From the NCBI GenBank assembly GCA_964576615.1, contig CAZNUU010000004.1:4663-68662 (forward strand): a stretch of DNA of 64,000 nt, given 5' to 3'. Every line of letters begins with the position of its first letter. The first letter of the stretch is position 1. The notes beneath the pieces were generated by a model that saw only the letters and a list, made by a program, of their open reading frames with translations, had not been told where the DNA came from and did not search any database. The DNA is from an uncultured Candidatus Saccharibacteria bacterium (GTDB lineage: Bacteria > Patescibacteriota > Minisyncoccia > Phycocordibacterales > DATDWN01). Of the stretch, positions 57,837 through 64,000 are shown in pieces. Made by a program: the position numbers and the translations under genes.

Positions 57837-58547
57837 ATGGAGCAGGAAAAAAACTTGCCAGTTCAAAAAGTAGAAAAAAACCTCGAGCCAGTCTCATTTT
57901 TTGAGAATGATGCTGATTTTGTATTTGCCTTCAAAAAGACAGAAAAGTTAGTTTCTGCCATATACATGGTTACTGGTTTGTTTTCAGAAAATGAACCAAT
58001 GAAGTGGGCTCTAAGGAAGAAGGCTTCAGATCTTTTGTCTTTTACTGCTACATATAAAGATACTAATGAACACAGGGGTGCAGATTTTGTGTATACACTT
58101 AAGAGTCAGGTGTTGGAGGTGGTTTCTTTCTTAGAGGTCTGTTTTAGAGGGGGAATGGTCTCTGAAATGAATCTATCTATTTTAAAACAAGAATTTGTTA
58201 GCGTTGTATCAGTATTTGAATCTGGGGTTAGTAGAACTAGAGTCTCACACAGAACTGTCATCACACCTAGTTATCTTAAGGTTGATCCTGTAGTAAAGGA
58301 CAAGAGAAGTTATACGGAGGAGATAAAGGACAGTGTACCTGTCGAAACCAATTTCAAAAGATCGAACAGACAAAACATTATCCTCGGGTTGCTCAAAAAG
58401 AAAAAAGAACTAACAATTAATGATATTGCTGAAGTTATAAAAGATTGTAGTGAAAAAACTATTCAAAGAGAGCTTATCTCTTTTATTGCTGCTGGGGTAA
58501 TAAAGCGAACTGGTGAGAGGAGATGGAGTAAATATTCCTTAAAATAA
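57837..58547 (+). CDS. Hypothetical protein with C-terminal winged-HTH (DeoR-like)
   Basis: RQNIIL..L...LTINDI..CSEKTIQREL..G.RRWSKY. Confidence 0.75.
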   Translation: MEQEKNLPVQKVEKNLEPVSFFENDADFVFAFKKTEKLVSAIYMVTGLFSENEPMKWALRKKASDLLSFTATYKDTNEHRGADFVYTLKSQVLEVVSFLEVCFRGGMVSEMNLSILKQEFVSVVSVFESGVSRTRVSHRTVITPSYLKVDPVVKDKRSYTEEIKDSVPVETNFKRSNRQNIILGLLKKKKELTINDIAEVIKDCSEKTIQRELISFIAAGVIKRTGERRWSKYSLK

Positions 58548-59137
58548 GGCTTTTTTGGTGTTTGTAACTAAAAGATCGTCTTTACGTCTAAATGCTTGGT
58601 CTTCCTAAAGAATTATATAAAGTTGACTTTTTAAGCCATTTTATGAAATAATGGCTTAAATTCGTGGCCAAGCAATTTAGGTGTTTTATGACATAAAACG
58701 CTAAAAAAGCTATGGTTATCCACACGGATGTTTGAAAGGATGAACTCGAGAATATATAATACGTCTAATGCATGGCATTTGCTGTGCATAGACCCGTATT
58801 CTCATAATTCAGACCGAAAAAGTACGTTGACAATTTAATATGGATTTTATGCACGTTTTAGTGCACGCAGATATACTGTCAATCCCTTGACGAAAGAAAT
58901 CGGAAACTCAGTCCAAATTCGCATCTATCCGTCTTTTTTGTGTCGAGTTGCTCGGCTCTGCCTACATGTGGAGATATGAGTAAAATATAAAAAGGGCGGG
59001 TTAGTATGAAGATAAGATGAAGAAAGATCTTTCTCTTCTTATCTGGAAATTATAAGTTCGGTTAACCGTTTTCAATAACTGGTCTCGAATAATTATTAAT
59101 AGTAAAAGAGACAAGTTGTTTTATTAAAAACATATAT

Positions 59138-62100
59138 ATGAATCTAAACAAATCAAAAACTGCAAAGTTGGCTGCCGGAGTAGTCGGACTTGCTATGGCG
59201 GTTTCAGTATTTATGCCAGTAATGGCTTCTGCTGATACAGCTTCAGATTTGCAAGCGCAAATCAATAGCTTAATGGCTACAATCGCTTCGCTTCAAGCAA
59301 AGCTTGCGGCATCGACAGGTGGCTCAATGTCAACTGGCTACACATTCAACGTAAACTTGACTGTCGGTAGTACAGGAGCAGATGTTATGAATCTACAAAA
59401 GGTTCTTAACATGTCTGCAGACACACAAGTTGCAGCTTCAGGTACTGGATCACCAGGTCATGAATCATCATACTTCGGTGCTCTAACAAAGGCCGCTGTT
59501 GTTAAATTCCAAACAAAAAATGGAATTTCTCCAGCTGCTGGTTATGTAGGTCCAATCACTCGAGCGAAACTTAATTCAATGGGCGGTGGTACAACCACAG
59601 TTCCTCCAGTAGGAACAGGCGCTCTATCAGTTTCAGCTGGAGTTCAGCCTGCTAACTCGCTTGCACCTCAAAGTGCAGCTCGAGTTCCTTTCACAACAGT
59701 TGTCCTCACAGCAGGATCAGCTGATGTGACTGTAAACTCAATCACAGTTGAAAAAGCTGGCCTAGGTCAGGATGCTGTATTTAGTGGCGTCGTTCTTCTA
59801 AGATCAGACGGTACTCAAATCGGTATCGCAAAGACACTTAACTCAAATCACCAAGCAATGGTTGGTGAACCATTTGTGGTTAAGGCTGGTACTTCAATGA
59901 CAGTTACAGTTGCTGGTAACATGGCATCTTCTCTTGCAACATATGCAGGACAGGTTCTTGGTCTAAACGTTGTCGCAGTTAACGCTGCCGGCACAGTTTC
60001 AGGCTCTCTACCTATAAGTGGTGCAATGCATACTATCAACGCAACACTTACACTAGGTTCAGTTACTGTTGGTACTTCTTCTTATGATCCTGGTTCATCC
60101 CAGAGTAAGGAAATTGGTACAACTGGTTACAAATTCGCTGGCTTCAGACTTACAGCTGGTTCAGCTGAACAAGTAAGACTATGGTCAGTAAGATTTAACC
60201 AAACAGGTAGTGCTGCATCAGGCGACCTTGCAAACGTAATGGTCGTTATCGATGGCACATCTTACCCAACAACAGTTTCTGCTGATGGTAAGTACTACAC
60301 AGCGATGTTCCCAGGCGGACTACTTATTGATAAGGGTCTTTCTAAGGACGTCTACATTCAGGGTGATATCGTAGGAACAGGTGCTGCAGGACGAACTGTA
60401 AAGTTTGATCTCTACAAGCAAACTGATCTATACGTATCTGGAGTAACATATGGTTACGGAATTACACCTCCAGCAGGTTCAAACTCTGTAGTTACATGTT
60501 CAACTACCCAGGCTTGTGGTAACTTCACTACAGGTACACCTTGGTTCCAAGCAAATATACTTACAGTTTCAGCTGGTTCGGTTACAACAATCAACAAGGC
60601 AACATCAGTGCCTTCACAAAACATTGCTGTAAACGTTCCTAACCAAGTTCTCGGTGGATTTACAACAGATATTAAGGGTGAACCAATATCAGTACAGTCA
60701 ATGGTCTTCACTATTGCTACAACTGGTACATGGACATCTTCAACTGGCATTACCAACATCACTATCGTCGATTCAAACGGCGCAGTTGTTGCTGGTCCAA
60801 TTGATGAGGCTACATCTTGTACATCTGGTTGTTCAATCACATTCACTGACACAGTTACATTCCCAGTTGGTCCAAGGACTTACACTTTGAAAGGTAAAAT
60901 CCCTTCTGGTGCACCTAATGGAGCAACAGTTACAGTTTCGGCTACACCTTCATCAGGTTGGACAAACGTAACAGGACAAGTTACTGGAAACACAATCAGT
61001 CTCTCAGGAGCTGGTGCGTTCTCAATGAATGCTATGACTGTTAAAGCAGCCGCTCTATCGATTGCAGTATCAGCTACACCTGCTGCTCAGTCAGTAGTTG
61101 CTGGTTCTCAAGGCTTCGTATTTGCTAACTATCAATTCGATGCTTCTCAATCAGGTGAAGATCTAAGATTCTCATCTATTGGACTTCTGTATGATGGTGC
61201 AAACCAAAGCTTAGCTGCAGATCCATCATCCCAAACAGCTTGTCAGTTGTTCGATAGCTCTACAGCTTTGAACACTGGTTCAAACACTGTTAACCCAACA
61301 AATGGTGGTACAGCAACTTCGTCTAACACAACAGGTTACTCATCTACATTCACGTTCGATCAATCTCTCGTAGTTCCAAAAGGAACTGTCAAGACTTTGA
61401 CTCTAAAATGTAATGTATCTGCTTCGGCAAACAGTAACTCTGTATTCCAGTGGGGCATCGCTGCTTCACCTTCGATCACAGTCACTGGCGTAACTTCTGG
61501 AAACACAGTTTCATCAGTTGTTACTTCATCTAACGGTCAGGCAATGACAGTTGCTAATGGTTACCTAACAGTAACTACAGATCCGTCATCACCTTCATAC
61601 GCCGTTGTTGCAGGAGGTACAACAGGAAATGTTGTGGGAGTTTACAAGATTCGTGCATCAAACGATTCTGTAAATCTAACAACACTTGGTCTTAAACTTA
61701 CTAACACAGCTTCATCTTCAGCTTCTGATCTAGTTCAGGTCACAGTCTGGGATGGTGCTACTCAAGTAGGTTCAGCAGTCTTCACAGGTAGTAACACAGT
61801 AGCTACGTCAACATTGACACTAGCTTCACCTTCTGGAGTATTGCTTACAAAGGACACAGATAAGCTCTTGACTATCAAGGCTGATCTTACAAATATCGGG
61901 ACTTCACAGCCTGGTACACAAGGTCACTTGATTGCAATTGATATAAACGCAAACGACACAACAGGTACACAAGGTACAGGTATTGGCTCGGGTGCAACAA
62001 TCAACCTTGCAACTTCAGGTTCCACAGCTTCAACAGCTGTAGCTGGAGTAAGAGTCTTTAGGTCATACCCAACATTCGCTAAATTATCAGTACCTACAAA

Positions 62101-62680
62101 CACTCTAAACAATGGTACTCAATCATTGTTAAGATTTAAGGTCACTGCTAACGCAGCTGGTGATGTCGGTATCTACAAGTTCACATTGAATGTTGCTACA
62201 TCAACTGCAACTGTAACTAACATCAACATAAAGGCTTACACTGATTCAGGCTTCTCAACACCAGTTTCTGGTTTGAGTGCTGACGGATCGATGCTTGTTA
62301 CACCACTTACGGGTACAGCATGGGCTGCATCAAACACTGATCTAGAAGTATTTGCACAGAATTCTTCTGCTGCCTCTACAACAGTTCAGGTTCCAGCAGG
62401 TCAGACACGTTACTTTGATGTAACTGGTACTGTCGCCGGCGCCGCAACAGGTGCTTCTGTACAGACCCAACTTCAAGGTGATGCTGCTTACCCAGTCAAC
62501 CAGTATGTATCTAACTTTATGGCAACATCAACTGCTGTAAACAACGATACAAACAACGACTTTATCTGGTCACCAAACGCTACATCAACATCAGTTGTCT
62601 CATCTAACGACTGGACAAACGGATTTGGTCTAGTTGGTCTACCAGCAGTTAACATGTCACCAGAGGTATTATCTAGGTAA
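59138..62680 (+). CDS. Large secreted cell-envelope (S-layer-like) protein with peptidoglycan-binding domain
   Basis: Signal peptide, LQAQI coil, GSTGADV..LQ..YFG.LT..AV..FQ..GYVGP.TRA motif, T/S/G/V-rich beta domains; strongly biased codon use. Confidence 0.8.
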   Translation: MNLNKSKTAKLAAGVVGLAMAVSVFMPVMASADTASDLQAQINSLMATIASLQAKLAASTGGSMSTGYTFNVNLTVGSTGADVMNLQKVLNMSADTQVAASGTGSPGHESSYFGALTKAAVVKFQTKNGISPAAGYVGPITRAKLNSMGGGTTTVPPVGTGALSVSAGVQPANSLAPQSAARVPFTTVVLTAGSADVTVNSITVEKAGLGQDAVFSGVVLLRSDGTQIGIAKTLNSNHQAMVGEPFVVKAGTSMTVTVAGNMASSLATYAGQVLGLNVVAVNAAGTVSGSLPISGAMHTINATLTLGSVTVGTSSYDPGSSQSKEIGTTGYKFAGFRLTAGSAEQVRLWSVRFNQTGSAASGDLANVMVVIDGTSYPTTVSADGKYYTAMFPGGLLIDKGLSKDVYIQGDIVGTGAAGRTVKFDLYKQTDLYVSGVTYGYGITPPAGSNSVVTCSTTQACGNFTTGTPWFQANILTVSAGSVTTINKATSVPSQNIAVNVPNQVLGGFTTDIKGEPISVQSMVFTIATTGTWTSSTGITNITIVDSNGAVVAGPIDEATSCTSGCSITFTDTVTFPVGPRTYTLKGKIPSGAPNGATVTVSATPSSGWTNVTGQVTGNTISLSGAGAFSMNAMTVKAAALSIAVSATPAAQSVVAGSQGFVFANYQFDASQSGEDLRFSSIGLLYDGANQSLAADPSSQTACQLFDSSTALNTGSNTVNPTNGGTATSSNTTGYSSTFTFDQSLVVPKGTVKTLTLKCNVSASANSNSVFQWGIAASPSITVTGVTSGNTVSSVVTSSNGQAMTVANGYLTVTTDPSSPSYAVVAGGTTGNVVGVYKIRASNDSVNLTTLGLKLTNTASSSASDLVQVTVWDGATQVGSAVFTGSNTVATSTLTLASPSGVLLTKDTDKLLTIKADLTNIGTSQPGTQGHLIAIDINANDTTGTQGTGIGSGATINLATSGSTASTAVAGVRVFRSYPTFAKLSVPTNTLNNGTQSLLRFKVTANAAGDVGIYKFTLNVATSTATVTNINIKAYTDSGFSTPVSGLSADGSMLVTPLTGTAWAASNTDLEVFAQNSSAASTTVQVPAGQTRYFDVTGTVAGAATGASVQTQLQGDAAYPVNQYVSNFMATSTAVNNDTNNDFIWSPNATSTSVVSSNDWTNGFGLVGLPAVNMSPEVLSR

Positions 62681-62715
62681 TCAATTTACTCAGAGATACT
62701 AAGTTGACATAAGTC

Positions 62716-62747
62716 GCAAAAACCACCCCGAGAGGGGTGGTTTTTGC
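62716..62747 (+). terminator. Strong intrinsic terminator
   Basis: gcaaaaaccacccc-gaga-ggggtggtttttgc. Confidence 0.9.
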
Positions 62748-62848
62748 TATCTACAATTTATTAACATTTTGTCAACAAAATTACTTCCTACAAAACTCCA
62801 TGTGATGGATAATTATAAAGTTTAAATTATTCATTCTTTTTAATCCTT

Positions 62849-64000
62849 ATGAGAAAAATAAATGTAGTTATATTACTAAGTCTATTCTTGCCTATGACTG
62901 TGTTGGCGACAACTGATACTTTTACATCATCAGGTACTTGGGTTGCACCAGGCGGAGTGACATCAGTAGATATTGATGTTTGGGGTGCAGGAGGAGGGGG
63001 TGGTGGGTCCCGAGGAGGTGTTGCAGGATGCGAAGGTTCAGGTGGGGGTGGTGGAGCTTATTCAAAAAAATTATCAGCTTCCGTGATTCCAAGTAATAGT
63101 TACACTGTTACTGTAGGGGCTGGGGGTTCAGGAGGAAGTTACGGATTTGGAGGTACAGATGGAGTAGACGGAGGAGATTCATGGTTTGATGCTTCAACAA
63201 CTATTCTTGCAAAGGGTGGTTCAGGTGGGGGTTCTGGTTCTGGATGTAACCCAGGAGGAACTGGGGGGTCTTCAGTTTCTGGTATAGGAGATACAAAATA
63301 TTCTGGTGGAAATGGTGGAAATGGGCAAACATATGCTGGTAATAGTGCAGGAGGGGGAGGGGGTGCTGGAAATGCTAGTGATGGATCTAATGGAAATAAT
63401 GGAAATTTAGGTGGTGGAGGGGGTTCAGGGGGGAGTGCCTTAGGCGGTAATGGAGGAAATGGGGTAGTGTATTCTGGTGGAAATGACGGCTCAACTATTG
63501 GTGGCGGAGCATCTGGAGGAGCTGGTAATGCAGGGTATACAGGCGCAAGAGGAGAAATCAGAATCACTTACTTTCTTACCCCTGTCGTATCTTTTTCAGC
63601 TAACCCAACCTCGGTAGATTACAATGCTTCCACAACTTTAACCTGGAGTTCCACTGATTCAACATTATGTACAGCTTCAGGAGATTGGTCTGGGAATAAA
63701 CCAACTACAGGAAGTGAAGCACAGAATAATCTTATGTCTAACAAATTATACGTGCTTTCTTGTACTGGCCCTGCGGGGTCGGCAACAAGCACTATCAATG
63801 TGATTGTAGGTGCACCATCAATCCAGGGTTCGGGAGACATAAATAGACTTTCTAAATTTATAGCTACCTCAACACTTGGTGACTCTCTGTTATCAGATGA
63901 CGGGTTTAATACGACTTTAGTTTCTGGTAATTTATTTATGCCTATTAACTCAATAATTGACTCCATAAATTCTGGAGGAATTAATTTCGGTATATCGACA
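62849..64000 (+). CDS. Secreted glycine-rich protein (truncated by window edge)
   Basis: Manual translation MRKINVVILLSLFLPMTVLA-TTDTFTSSGTWVAPGGVTSV..WGAGGGG; appears open to the edge. Confidence 0.75.
   Translation, partial: MRKINVVILLSLFLPMTVLATTDTFTSSGTWVAPGGVTSVDIDVWGAGGGGGGSRGGVAGCEGSGGGGGAYSKKLSASVIPSNSYTVTVGAGGSGGSYGFGGTDGVDGGDSWFDASTTILAKGGSGGGSGSGCNPGGTGGSSVSGIGDTKYSGGNGGNGQTYAGNSAGGGGGAGNASDGSNGNNGNLGGGGGSGGSALGGNGGNGVVYSGGNDGSTIGGGASGGAGNAGYTGARGEIRITYFLTPVVSFSANPTSVDYNASTTLTWSSTDSTLCTASGDWSGNKPTTGSEAQNNLMSNKLYVLSCTGPAGSATSTINVIVGAPSIQGSGDINRLSKFIATSTLGDSLLSDDGFNTTLVSGNLFMPINSIIDSINSGGINFGIST

Noticed and set aside
63139-63966. Proline-rich minus-strand ORFs
   Set aside because: Antisense shadows of the glycine-rich plus-strand gene starting at 62849
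1-64000. CRISPR array or cas genes
   Set aside because: No regularly spaced direct repeats with unique spacers; the repeats are dispersed palindromes and no Cas motifs were recognised
1-64000. Stop-codon reassignment (code 25)
   Set aside because: Conserved genes are full length under the standard code and TGA serves as a stop in several

Overview
A chromosomal window from a Patescibacteria/CPR bacterium, most likely Parcubacteria. This is inferred from the compact gene set, rplK without rplA, tRNA-Arg(GCG), an EF-P lacking PGKG, a type IV pilus pilMNO-like block and giant secreted proteins. The genetic code is standard. The AT-rich core genes include tsaE, polA, holA, mutM, ruvA, rpsT, uppS, rplS, secE-nusG-rplK, argS, ileS with a T-box, recO, glyQS, metG, tatD, rpsF-ssb-rpsR, efp, recA and ftsK. 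There are seven tRNAs and large surface proteins. Three non-routine layers sit on this core. (1) A GC-rich five-gene nucleotide block at 28955-32491 encodes an HxGH nucleotidyltransferase, a HUP-like/dCMP deaminase fusion, a HIT hydrolase, a thymidylate synthase lacking the phosphate-binding RR pair, and DHFR; it may be a non-canonical dTMP pathway. (2) Solitary GC-rich gene cassettes mostly carry a near-consensus sigma70 promoter, a strong Shine-Dalgarno and terminators that are partly shared between cassettes. (3) Several families of dispersed palindromic elements fill intergenic gaps, flank tRNAs and occur in frame inside genes. All protein assignments come from motifs recognised by eye; no searches were run.
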